From NCBI RefSeq assembly GCF_009914755.1, contig NC_060929.1: DNA of 64,000 nucleotides. One strand, 5' to 3'. Origin of the DNA: the human T2T-CHM13v2.0 reference genome, Homo sapiens. Shown piece by piece: positions 1-14,856 of the stretch. The position numbers were made by a program, and so were the translations under genes. Under the pieces are notes generated by a model. The model saw only the letters and a program-made list of their open reading frames with translations, was not told where the DNA came from and did not search any database. Numbering within the stretch: the first letter of the stretch is position 1; each line of letters begins with the position of its first letter.

Positions 1-628
1 ATCTTCACCGACAACAATGGATTTCCAAGGAAGTAAACTGAGTAAAGCTAAAGGGAATGGCCCGCAAGAAGAAAAGCCTTCCAGGAGATGCTGAGAGGGG
101 CAGAGCGCTTCCTTGGAGCGGAGTGCTAGGTCCAAGTCAGAGCTCTCTAGAGGGAGGGAAGTCAGGAAGAAGATCTCACCTTCTCCTAGCAACTGGAGGC
201 AGAGGCAGCACTCCCCTCCTCTCCCCTGTCCACCACTCTGTTGACTTCAGCGGTTTTATGACAGGCCTATAGGCATCAGGGTTACTGGTGTCCCCTTCCA
301 GGGCAGGAATCAGAGAACACCAGAAGAGACTGGTGTCGATCTTTGTAAGGCTCGGTTTCCAGTCCTTGCAGTTCTCAGACATTCACATGAGACAAAAAAG
401 AGGGACAAATCTTATCCTGAGGTTCTTTGTGAATGTCTTATCCAGGGCATGTGCTAGAGCAGAAGTCATTCAAAAATGCAGCTACGCAGAAGCACGTCCT
501 CACTCCCAGAGCACAGCCAAACCTAGACCGCAGCAGCTGCAGCCATGTAGCACCAGTGCCCTGAGCAAGTTGATGTCAAGTTGATGTCTCCAAAATATAA
601 CACACTTGTGCTAATTCAGACTAATTGT

Positions 629-2650
<2,022 letters not shown>

Positions 2651-3974
2651 AGCTGACGTTTTTCAGGTCAGAATTCAACCCACAACTTAGAAGAAAATTG
2701 GGAGAAATGGATCAAGGTTCGCTGGATGTGATTCTGATATGCCAGAGGGAACGTCCACCACATACGCAGAATGTTTCCTGGGAGTTGCTTCTCTCACACT
2801 GCATTTGTCCATTGTTTAAATGGGTGACATCCAATGCAGAAGTGTCTTAAGCCATTTTCAATTCTGTGTATTTCAACCTTGCTAATATTTTCCCTTCCTC
2901 TTTTTCACCTTGCCTTCCTGTTATCCAGTATTGAATTTAGGATGGATTTTTTTCAGGTCCAGAGGCCCGACCTCTTATGAACTGAGTCCTTTCTATTTTA
3001 ATAGACATCTTGCTAAACCAAATCCAGGCCTTACATTCCCCTTTTATGTCTTGCTCTTTTTTTCTGTATTTCCTCAAACTTAGAATTTGAACACTTTCTC
3101 ACCTCTATCCTGCAGTTTGCCTAGTGGGAAATAACTTGAGGCCGTAACTCTCAGGGAAGTTTTCTCTCAACTTTCTCATACCGGTGTCCCTTTTGCTCTT
3201 TGCCGCATTGAGAATCTCCTAAGCTGACTTCAGAAGTGGGCTGCTTGCTCTTGGTACTTCTCAGCTTGGTACACTGAGGGGTAGAGTGAGAGCCACTCTG
3301 TCTTCTGCCATTAATTCTGTCCATCCGGGTCTAACACAAGGCCTCCTGTTCTGGTTGACAAATGGGCCGAGGCAGGAAGGATGTCTGATCACAAGACAAG
3401 ATTGCCTCCTGTTTTTAAGGGAGCCTATGACAGTCCAAGAAGCCCACACGTACCTCTGTCAAAACCAAATTCTGCTTGTTCCACAGGAAATGTTGGTATG
3501 CAAGCACTTGCAGTGTGCCTACATCCCAAATGCCAGCCCATGGTACCCATTGTCTGCCCGGATCTGAATCATGATTCCAAGGCGCAGAGAGAAATTGCTG
3601 GGATTCGTTGTTCTTATTCATTGCTTGGCAACACTGCAGCTTCCAGGAGAATACCCACCTCACTGATGACACAACATCTGAATGCACACTTACTGGCCAA
3701 CACGTGCTTTGCTGTAAATCAGTATGAAGTCTTCCTAGGGGTCCTGGCCTGAATGAGATGAGAACCTTGGAGGCTGCTTTTGACTCATGTGAATGTCTTC
3801 CCCAGGAGTTAAGTGGGAGTGCTGGGGAGAGAGTGGCTTGAGGATGCACAGCCAGCATGACACTACTATTATGTGATTACTGTCGACGTTCATAACCATA
3901 ACTAATGACTAATTATGACTTTACCCTGGCGCACATGGTCAGAATGGAAACAAATAACAAGCTTTACAGTTTTT

Positions 3975-4500
<526 letters not shown>

Positions 4501-4516
4501 AGTTTCACAATCTATT

Positions 4517-7500
4517 TTTTTTTATTTTCTTTATTATTATACTTGAAGTTCTAGGGTATATGTGCAGAACGTGCAGGTTTGTTACATAGGTATACACATG
4601 CCATGGTGGTTTGCTGCACCCATTAACCCGTGATCTGCATTAGGTATTTCTCCTAATGCTATCCTTCCCCCGATCCCCCACCCCACAACAGGCCCCAGTG
4701 TGTGATGTTCCCCTCCCTGCGTCCATGTGTTCTCATTGTTCAACTCCCACTTATGAGTGAAGACATGCAGTATTTTGTTTTCTGTTCTTGTGATAGTTTG
4801 CTGAGAATGACAGTTTCTAGCATCATCCATGTCCCTGCAAAGGATATGAACTCATCCTTTTTTATGGATGCATAGTATTCCATGGTGTATATGTGCCACA
4901 TTTTCTTTATCCAGACTATCATTGATGGGCATTTGTGTTGGTTCCAAGGCTTTGCTATTGTGAACAGTACCACAATAAACATACGTGTACATGTGTCTTT
5001 ATGGTAGAATGATTTATAATCCTTTGGGTATATACCCAGTAACGGGATTGCTGGGGCAAATGGTATTTCTAGTTCTAGATCCTTGAGGAATTTGGTTGGT
5101 AGGCTATTAATTACTGCCTCAATTTCAGAATTTGTTATTGGTGTATTCAGGGATTCGACTTCTTCCTGGTTTAATCTTGGGAGGGCGTATGTGTCCAGGA
5201 ATTTATTTATTTATTCTAGATTTTTCTAGTTTATTTGCATAGAGGTGTTTATAGTATTCTCTGATGGTAGTTTGTATTTCTGTGGGACCGGTGGTGATAT
5301 CCTCTTTATCATTTTTTATTGCATCTATTTGATTCTTCTCTCTTTTCTTCTTTATTAGTCTGGCTAGCAGTCTATCTATTTTGTTGATCTTTTCAAAAAA
5401 CCAGCTCCTAGATTCATTGATTTTTTTGAAGGGTTTTTCATGTCTGTCTCTCCTTCAGTTCTGCTCTGATCTTAGTTATTTCTTATCTTCTGTTAGCTTT
5501 TGAATTTGTTTGTTCTTGCTTCTCTAGTTCTTTTAATTGTGGGTTAGGGTGTCGATTTTAGATCTTTCCTGCTTTCTCTTGCGGGCATTTAGTGCTATAA
5601 ATTTCCCTCTACACACTGCTTTAAATGTGTCCCAAAGATTCTGGTATGTTGTATCTTTGTTCTTATTGGTTTTAAAGAACATCTTTATTTCTGCTTTCAT
5701 TTTGTTATTTATCCAGTAGTCATTCAGGAGCAGGTTGTTCAGTTTCCATGTAGTTGTGTGGTTTTGAGTGAGTTTCTTAATCTTGAGTTCTAATTTGATT
5801 GCACTGTGATATAAGAGACTGTTTGTTATGATTTCCATTCTTTTGCATTTGTTGAGGAGTGTTTTACTTCCAACCATGTGGTCAATTTTAGAATAAGTGT
5901 GATGTGGTGCTGAGAAGAGTGTATATTCTGTTGATTTGGGGTGGAGAGTTCTGTAGATGTCTACTAGGTCCACTTGATCCAGAGCTGAGTTCAAGTCCTG
6001 GATATCCTTGTTAATTTTCTGTCTCATTGATCTGTCTAATATTGACAGTGGGGTGTTAAAGTCTCCCACTATTATTGTGTGGGAGTCTAAGTCTCTTTGT
6101 AGGTCTTTAAGAACTTGCTTTATGAATCTGGGTGCTCCTGTATTGGGTGCATATATATCTAGGATAGTTACCTCTGCTTGTTGCATTGATCTCTTTACCA
6201 TTATGCCCTTCTTCGTCTCTTTTGACCTTTTTGGTTTAAAATCTGTTTTCTCAGAGACTAGGATTGCAACCCCTGCTTTTTGCTTTCCATTTGCTTGGTA
6301 AATATTCCTCTATCCCTTTATTTTGAGCCTATGTGTGTCTTTGCACGTGAGATGGGTCTCCTGAATACAGCACACCGATGGGTCTTGTCTCTTTATCCAG
6401 TTTGCCAGTCTGTGTCTTTTAATTGGGGCATTTAGCCTGTTTACATTTAAGGTTAGTATTGTTATCTGTGAATCTGATCCTTTCATTATGATGCTAGCTG
6501 GATATTTTGCCTGTTAGTTTATGCAGTTTCTTCATAGTGTCAATGATCTTTACAATTTGGTATATTTTTGCAGTGGCTGGTACCGGTTGTTCCTTTCCAT
6601 GTTTAGTGCTTCCTTCAGGAGCTCTTGTAAGGCAGTCCTGATGGTGACAAAATCTCTCAGCATTTGCTTGTCTGTAAAGGATTTTATTTCTCCTTCACTT
6701 ATGAAGCTTAGTTTGGCTGGATATGAAATTCCAGATATGAAAGAAAAGAAAATTCTTTTCTTTCAGAATGTTGAATATTGGCCCCCACTCTCTTCTGGCT
6801 TGTAGGGTTTCTGCCAAGAGATCTGCTGTTAGTCTGATGGGCTTCCCTTTATGGGTAACCAGCCCTTTCTCTCTGGCTGCCCTTAACATTTTTTCCTTCA
6901 TTTCAACCTTGGTGAATCTGACAATTATGTGTCTTGGGGTTGCTCTCCTCGAGGAGTATCTTTGTGGTGTTCTCTGTATTTCCTGAATTTGAATGTTGGC
7001 CTGCCTTGCTAGGTTGGGGAAGTTCTCCTGGATAATATCCTGAAGAGTGTTTTCCAACTTGGTTCCATTCTCCCCGTCACTTTCAGGTACAAGAGTCAAA
7101 CGTAGATTTGGTCTTTTCACATAGTACCATATTTCTTGGAGGCTTTGTTTCTTTTCACTCTAAGTCTTCTCGCTTTATTTCATTGAGTTGATCTTCAATG
7201 ACTGATATCCTTTTGCCACTTGATTGATTTGGCTATTGATACTTGTGTATGCTTCACGAAGTTCTTGTGCTGTGTTTTTCAGCTGCATCATGTCTTCACC
7301 TGTTCTTCTCTAAGCAGGTTATTCTAGTTAGCAATTCCTCTAACCTTTTTTCCAGGTTCTTATCTTCCTTGCATTGGGTTAGAACATGCTCCTTTGGCTC
7401 AGAGGAGTTTGTTATTACCCGCCTTCTGAAGCCTACTTCTGTCAATTTGTCAAACTAATTCTCTATCCAGTTTTGTTCCCTTGCTGGCAAGGAGTTGTGA

Positions 7501-8578
7501 TCCTTTGGAGGAGAAGAGGCATTCTGGCTTTTTGAATTTTCAGCCTTTTTGCACTGGTTTTTCCCCATCTTTGTGGATTTATCTGCCTTTGGTCTTTGAT
7601 GTTGGCGATATCGATACTATTTTTTTTCGGTTTGTTAGTTTTCCTTCTAACAGGCCCCTCTGCTGCAGGTCTGCCTGAGTTTGCTGGAGGTCCGCTCCAG
7701 ACCCTGTTTGCCTGGGTATCACCAGTGGAGGCTGCAGAACAACAAACATTGCTGCCTGTTCCTACCTCTGGAAGCTTCATCCCAGAGGGGCACCCGCCAG
7801 ATGCCAGCCAGAGCTCTCCAGTATGAGGTGTCTGTCGGCCCCTACTGGGAGGAGTCTTCCAGTGTGGATACACAGGGGGTCAGGGACCCACTTGAGGAGG
7901 TTGTCCCTTATCAGAGCTCGAACTGTGTGCTGGGAGAACCGCTGCTCTCTTCAGAGCTGTCAGGCAGAGACGTTTAAGTCTGCTGAAGCTGCGCCCAGAG
8001 CCGCCCCCTCCCCCAGGTGCTCTGTCCCAGGGAGCTGCGGTTGGCTCTGCCCAGTTCGAACTTCCTGGGGCTTTGTTTACACTATGAGGGTAAAACCGTC
8101 TACTTAAGCCTCAGCAGTGGTGGATGCCCCTCCCCCCACCAAGCTCTAGCATCCCAGGTCAACCTCAAACTGCTCTGGAGCAGCGAGAATTTCAAGCCAG
8201 TGGATCTTAGCTTTCTGGGCTCCATCGGCATGGGACCCACTGAGCCAGGCACTGGAGAGAATGGTCTGCTGGTTGCGAAGACTATGAGAAAAGCGCAGTG
8301 TCTGGGCCAGAATGCACCGTTCCTCCTGGTACAGTCTCTCATGGCTTCCCTTGGCTAGGAAAGGGAAATCCCTTGACCCCTTGCACTTCCTGGGTGAGGC
8401 GATGCCCCACCCTGCTTCGGCTCGCCCTCCGTGGGCTGCACCCACTGTCCAACCAGTCCCAGTGAGATAAGCCAGTTACCTCAGTTGGAAATGCAGGAAT
8501 CACCCACCTTCTGTGTCGATCTCGCTGGGAGCTGCAAGACCGGAGCTGTTCCTATTCAGCCATCTTGCCCGCCCACCC
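4517..8578 (-). mobile_element. L1PA (about PA6-PA8) with intact 5' UTR, ORF1, EN region and 3' UTR, and a large internal ORF2 deletion at about 5090
   Basis: Poly(T) at about 4515; ORF2 C-terminus (ORF 4740-4982); EN domain (ORF 5533-6201, [10 protein letters not shown]); ORF1 (6695-7120); 5' UTR ending catcttgcccgcccaccc. TSD ttcacaatctatt at 4504-4516 and 8579-8591. Confidence 0.95.
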
Positions 8579-8699
8579 TTCACAATCTATTAATATATAG
8601 AGAGCAGTAATATTGCCCAAAAAGGGAAAGTTAATCTTTGTGGTTAATCCTCTCCCCTGAGTCTCATTTTGCCTTTTCTAGAATTTCATAAGTCTAAAT

Positions 8700-9165
<466 letters not shown>

Positions 9166-9318
9166 GTTATACACTTATATTAAAAAGAAAATTCAAACAG
9201 AGAATAACATTTTGCATTCTCTTTATAATTTTCTAATTTCTTGTCCTTTTATTTTAACTCCTTAAACCTTTAGTAAAATGCACCTAAGCCAGTGTGGTAC
9301 AACAGAACGTGATCTTTC

Positions 9319-9607
9319 TTTTTTTTTTTTTAATTATACTTTAAGTTTTAGGGTACATGTGCACATTGTGCAGGTTAGTTACATATGTATACATGTGCCA
9401 TGCTGGTGTGCTGCACCCACTAACTCGTCATCTAGCATTAGGTATATCTCCCAATGCTATCCCTCCCCCCTCCCCCCCACCCCACAACAGTCCCCAGAGT
9501 GTGATGTTCCCCTTCCTGTGTCCATGTGATCTCATTGTTCAATTCCCACCTATGAGTGAGAATATGCGGTGTTTGGTTTTTTGTTCTTGTGATAGTTTAC
9601 TGAGAAT
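9319..9607 (-). mobile_element. Young 5'-truncated L1 (L1PA2-like), about 290 bp
   Basis: Near-consensus 3' UTR (cacattgtgcagg, ctaactcgtcatctagc, which is the non-Ta GAG type). TSD gaac(g/a)tgatctttc at 9305-9318 / 9608-9621. Confidence 0.9.
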
Positions 9608-9649
9608 GAACATGATCTTTCAATTGCCCCGATTTACATTTAAGCTCAG

Positions 9650-9830
9650 CCACTCACTAGCTTGTGGCCTTGAGCAACTTACTTTACCACTCTGAGTCTT
9701 AATTTTATCCTCTATCAAATGTGGATAAGAGTGCCTCTGCCTGGTTAGCTGAGCTGGGGGCAAGGAGTTGCTGGGGGAATTGGGGGTGGGGCTAGCAGGT
9801 GAAAGTGCTCAGTGAATGGAAGCCATTGCA
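9650..9830 (+). mobile_element. MIR fragment
   Basis: ccactcactagcttgtggccttgagcaacttactttaccactctgagtcttaattttatcctctatcaaatg resembles the MIR core. Confidence 0.6.
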
Positions 9831-10053
9831 ATGGTGATGGATGATGTGATGATGTGTTCCAAATCTTATTACTTAGACTAGGACTAGTTAATGGTTTTAG
9901 GATAGTGGAAATCTTGAGAGCCTCTTGAAGCCCCTAGTTTTCTCAAATTCAGTGTATTCTGTTTTATATTGCATGTAAGTAGAATCTGGAGTTTGTACAC
10001 TGTGGTAAACATGATTGAAACGTGGTAATGCTTTATTGAAAAATCTGCTTTTT

Positions 10054-10350
10054 GGCTGGATACAGTGGCTCACGCCTATAATCCCAACATTTTGGGACAA
10101 CAAGGCAGGAAGATCACTTGAGGTCGAAGTTTGAGACCAGCCTGAGCAACAGATTGAGACTTGGTCTCTACAAAATAATAATAATAATAATAATAAGTGT
10201 GGTGGCACATGCTTGTAGTCCCAGCTACTCGAGAGGCTGGGACAGGAAGATCGCTTAAGCCCTGGAGCTCAAGGCCGCAGTGAGCCATGATCAAGCCACT
10301 GTACTGCAGCCTGGGCAACACAGCAAGAACCTGTCTCAAAAAATAAAATT
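10054..10350 (+). mobile_element. AluJ with (TAA)n expansion in the linker
   Basis: Alu dimer ending about 170 bp upstream of exon 2; linker aaaataataataataataataataa; TSD aaaatc(tg/ca)ctttt. Confidence 0.9.
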
Positions 10351-10519
10351 AAAATCAAAATCCACTTTTAGCTTAGATATAATAAATTAGTATAAATGTT
10401 ACTGAGGATGACATTTGTACAAGAAAGTAAGATTTAAAACCCAAATCATTTAAGATAGGATTACAGAAATGATTATCTTTAATTTTTTAAAAAATTGTGC
10501 CTGTTTCTTGTTTCCTAAG

Positions 10520-10686
10520 GTGCTTAATTTACCCGTTTCTGATGCGAGGAGGAAAGCCTATGCCACTGTTGGCATGTACAATGGCGATTATGTTCTGTAC
10601 CTGTAACGGCTATTTGCAAAGCAGATACTTGAGCCATTGTGCAGTGTATGCTGATGACTGGGTAACAGATCCCCGTTTTCTAATAG
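10520..10686 (+). CDS. SRD5A1: SRD5A1 coding exon 2 (167 nt; phase 2 to phase 1)
   Basis: Acceptor tttcctaag|G and donor ATAG|gtgagt. Translates (R)CLIYPFLMRGGKPMPLLACTMAIMFCTCNGYLQSRYLSHCAVYADDWVTDPRFLI(G), recognised as human steroid 5-alpha-reductase 1. Confidence 0.98.
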
Positions 10687-11268
10687 GTGAGTGTCCACAG
10701 CAGTGAACTCCGCCTTGTTCACATCATTGCTTTTATATTGATGTCCCAGTGGTTTCTAATGAGAAAGTCCAAGCTTCCTGTGAGAACAAAGACAACAGAG
10801 AAAGCAGCAGCACCCCAGAGTCCCATGGGAGAGCCCAGCTGTCTCAGCACAGCTGGGGGCAGAGAGGTGACGCAGGTGCTGGGCACCTTCCCCCGCACGG
10901 GCAGGCACTGAAGCACAGGTGCCTGGTCAGGCCAAGAACCCAAAAATAGCAGTGGGCTGTAGCAGAATGAGCAGGGACTAAAGATTGAGACCCTTTGGCC
11001 ACTCATTGACCACATAATCTCCTGCGGTTCCTTCCATGACATGAGGAAAACCCAGACTGGGTTAGCTTCCTACAGTGCAGCTTCTGTGATTCTATGAACT
11101 TGAATCAACTTTTAGGTCTATGAAGTTGTTGAATTTTTTTATTTGTATCAGTTAATGTGAATTAATGTACATTTTCAACCTCTAATTATAACTTTTTAAG
11201 TTCTAAGCAAAAATGAAAATAAAACAGCCATCAAAAATATTTGCAAGAGCATTAAAAATTAACACTCT

Positions 11269-11570
11269 GGCTGGGTGCAGTGGCTCACACTGTAATCCTA
11301 GCACTTTGGGAGGCTGAGGTGGGCAGATGACTTGAATCCAGGAGTTCAAGACCAGCCTGGGCAACATGGCGAAACTCCAGCTCTACAAAAAATACAAAAA
11401 CGTAGCTGGGCATGGTGACACGCACCATGGTCCCAGCTTACTCAGAGGCACTGAGGTGGGAGGATCACCTGAGGCCAGGAGATCAAGGCTGCAGTGAGCC
11501 ATGATTGTGCCACTGCGTTCCAGCCTGGGTGACAGAGTGAGACTCTGTCTCAAAAAAAAAAAAAAAAAAA
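11269..11570 (+). mobile_element. AluJ
   Basis: Full dimer with A-tail. Confidence 0.9.
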
Positions 11571-12737
11571 CTCAGGGATCTTATATATAAGAAAGGTTCT
11601 TCTATATATTTGTTTAGTCTATCCTAGCATTTAGATATTAAACCATACTGAGGTGTTGCTTACAATGGTAGCATGCTAAAAGTCTGAAGTCAGTCTGTCA
11701 GATTTGCAAACTACCCTGCAGTGCTTCACCTTAAGCTACATAAAGTGACCTTACATTGCATTGTGCTTTTTCTCCATGTGTATTAATTTATAATCATAGA
11801 AATAAACTAACACTTGGATAGTACTTTGTTGCTGAGAGATCCCTTTCACATTTCTCAGCCATGTTTTTTGTTGGTGAATTAGAATTTTATTCCAAGGTTT
11901 CATCATACCTGAGGATCGTTACAGTGAGACACCTGTCCCTCCTCTACAAAAGGAGGGTTGGCTGAGAAGGCGTTTCAAGATCCTTTTCTAGCTCCAGAGT
12001 CTGTGCCTCCATGAAATGCTAGACTAAATTCTTTGGTACTAAACTGTTGTACACTACCCCCAAATATCTTCTTGGTTTACCTGCTTTTTGACTACTTTAT
12101 TTTCTTCTGCCCTACCTGTCAAGAGGAAGAACAGGCTTTTGAGTTCCTGTGCAGATCACACGATTTATGCCTCCCCATGTTCTCTGAGGCAGAAAGGATG
12201 TCCCTAAGATGTGAAAGGTCAGAAGAGTTACACAGCTGGCCCAAGACATCTAGACGCAGTGAATGGCAGAGCGGTGATTTCCACCACCTCACCAAGCTGA
12301 GCTTCCGCAAGTGGTAACAAGGAATAAGAGGAAGGGGAATTTCTTTCTTTTTTTCTTTTTAACTAAAGATACAGATTTTAAATGTTTGCCAGAGAGTCTC
12401 ATGGGACTCACCTCTATGGTGAACAACAACAGAAGAACCCTCCTGTTTAAAGTAGCTCCGCAGATGGTTCGCATCACGTAGAGGTGACTGTGAAGCTGGT
12501 CAGAGATTCCAAACACCAATCAATTGTAGACAGACCTCTTGACTTCTCTACAATTAAACAGAAGGATTTGAAAAGGAAAAAATATGCCAAGTGGAAGACA
12601 ATCTAGGTTACCTTTTGTGTGTTATATTTATTGCCTAGAGTTTATTGTTTTTGTGAGGAAACAGACGTGAAATTACATAAATAAGTAATTATGCCTACTG
12701 TAGTTACCATGAAGTAATAAGCAAATAATAATAATAT

Positions 12738-13032
<295 letters not shown>

Positions 13033-13103
13033 AAATTTCTAACAAAAGGTTTCTCAAAACAGCAAAAGTGGTTAATCTAAAATATTTTATAGAAAGATTT
13101 TAA

Positions 13104-13409
13104 GTTTTTTTTTTGTTTGTTTGTTTGTTTTTTCTTGAGGCAGCCTGTCATCCAGGCTGGAGTGCAGTGGCGTGATCTTGGCTCATGGCAACGTGTGCCT
13201 CCCAGGCTCAAGCAATTCTTGTGCCTCAACCTCAGAGTAGCTGGGATTACAGGCTTGCGCCATCTTACCTGGTTAATTTTTGTATTTTCAGTAGAGATGG
13301 GGTTTCACCATGTTGGCCAGGCTGGTCTTGAACCCCTGGCCTGAAGTGATCCACCCACCTTGGCCTCCCAAAGTGCTGGGATTATAGGTGTGAGCCACTA
13401 TGCCCAGCC
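13104..13409 (-). mobile_element. Alu (J/old S)
   Basis: Antisense dimer; TSD agattttaag. Confidence 0.9.
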
Positions 13410-14754
13410 AGATTTTAAGATCTTATAAATGGAATTAAATATTTAGCTTAGATGAACACAAGTACTAGTTTTCTTCCAATCTAAGCAATAAAGGGAGCTT
13501 GTCTCCTGGAAGAAACATAAAGTAACCATGTTATTTAGACAACATGATTCCTTTCTAGAATCTCATATTGGAAGCCAAATTACCTAGGGGTGAAATACTA
13601 AAATCCCAAAAAGGTAGCAAATCAACTATAAATGTATGGATCCAATAAATGACTTACAAAACGTATTATAAAACTTGGTATGAACTGCTTTGCTTAGGAA
13701 AAAAAAATAAAAGCTGATTACAGTGGCAAAATCAGAAGGAAGAAATCTTGAAACCCTTGCTATAGACCAGAAGGTTTTCCATGTCCTTTTTCTAACTGTG
13801 AAAAAGTATTCAATGTCACTGGTGATGACTCAGATAATAATGATGCCCCACGTGTACATTGATTTAATATTGAACTGAATGCCAGCACTAAGCAGCATCT
13901 GTCTTTCCCATTTTAAAAAAGTATATCAGAACCATCAAGTTAACCTCTTTTTATCAATATTTCTTTTATAAAACACTGTTTTGGCCTTTTGCCTTTTCTT
14001 GATGGAATTAATTGATGTGATACTAACAACTCTCCTTTAAGTGATGAAAAATCCCTGCGGATTCGTAAGAATAGGAGAGAAAACTGGGGATACCGTGGGA
14101 TTCTGGGGAGAACCATGCAGGCGGCCACGGGAGACTCTTGTCAAGAACCGAGGAGGAAGGACTGACCGAGCAATGCTGATTGATGAGCCTGCAGGAATTC
14201 TGCTGTGGGGGAAACATAGATGCGCATTAATTTGTTTAAATGAGGTTGTAAATAAGAGAAGACCAGAGATCTACTCCTAGGAACTGCCACCCTTCAAGGG
14301 GTGACGTACAGCCAGTGGTGACAGAGCAGCACAGGAGCATCACCCCTCCTGGTTCATGTGGTGGAGATGGCAGCATTGCCTCATGCAGATTTTGTGAGAA
14401 ATAAGTGGGATGCGTCTGTCTGGTGGGCTGACTCCCTGATGCTCCCTGGAAAGGAGCCGTGTGCCCAAGTCAGATTTCTGTCCATACTTGTCATCCTGAA
14501 GATGTAGATTGTGATGAACAGGTCAAAGTATTTTGAGTACATTAGATGATGTATTTGTATTATTAGAAAAACAAAGCCCTGCTTGGCATACCTGACAACA
14601 GTCCTTAATGGTTTTTACTACCAGTTATGGCTAATATGTTACACTAACAATGGTAATCTGAAGGGTTGCAATAATACTGTTCAGTCAGGCTGGGGCTCGT
14701 AGTGAAATTTTACGGTTTATTAGCCATAATCATCTTGCAATTTTTTTCCTTTAG

Positions 14755-14856
14755 GTTTTGGCTTGTGGTTAACAGGCATGTTGATAAACATCCATTCAGA
14801 TCATATCCTAAGGAATCTCAGAAAACCAGGAGATACTGGATACAAAATACCAAGGG
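14755..14856 (+). CDS. SRD5A1: SRD5A1 coding exon 3 (102 nt; phase 1 to phase 1)
   Basis: Acceptor tttttttcctttag|GT and donor AAGGG|gtacgt. Translates (G)FGLWLTGMLINIHSDHILRNLRKPGDTGYKIPR(G), in frame with exon 2; includes the conserved NIHSD..LRNLRK..Y.IP motif. Confidence 0.98.

Noticed and set aside
5533-7120. 222-aa and 141-aa minus-strand ORFs
   Set aside because: Broken L1 ORF2 endonuclease and ORF1 fragments, not host genes.
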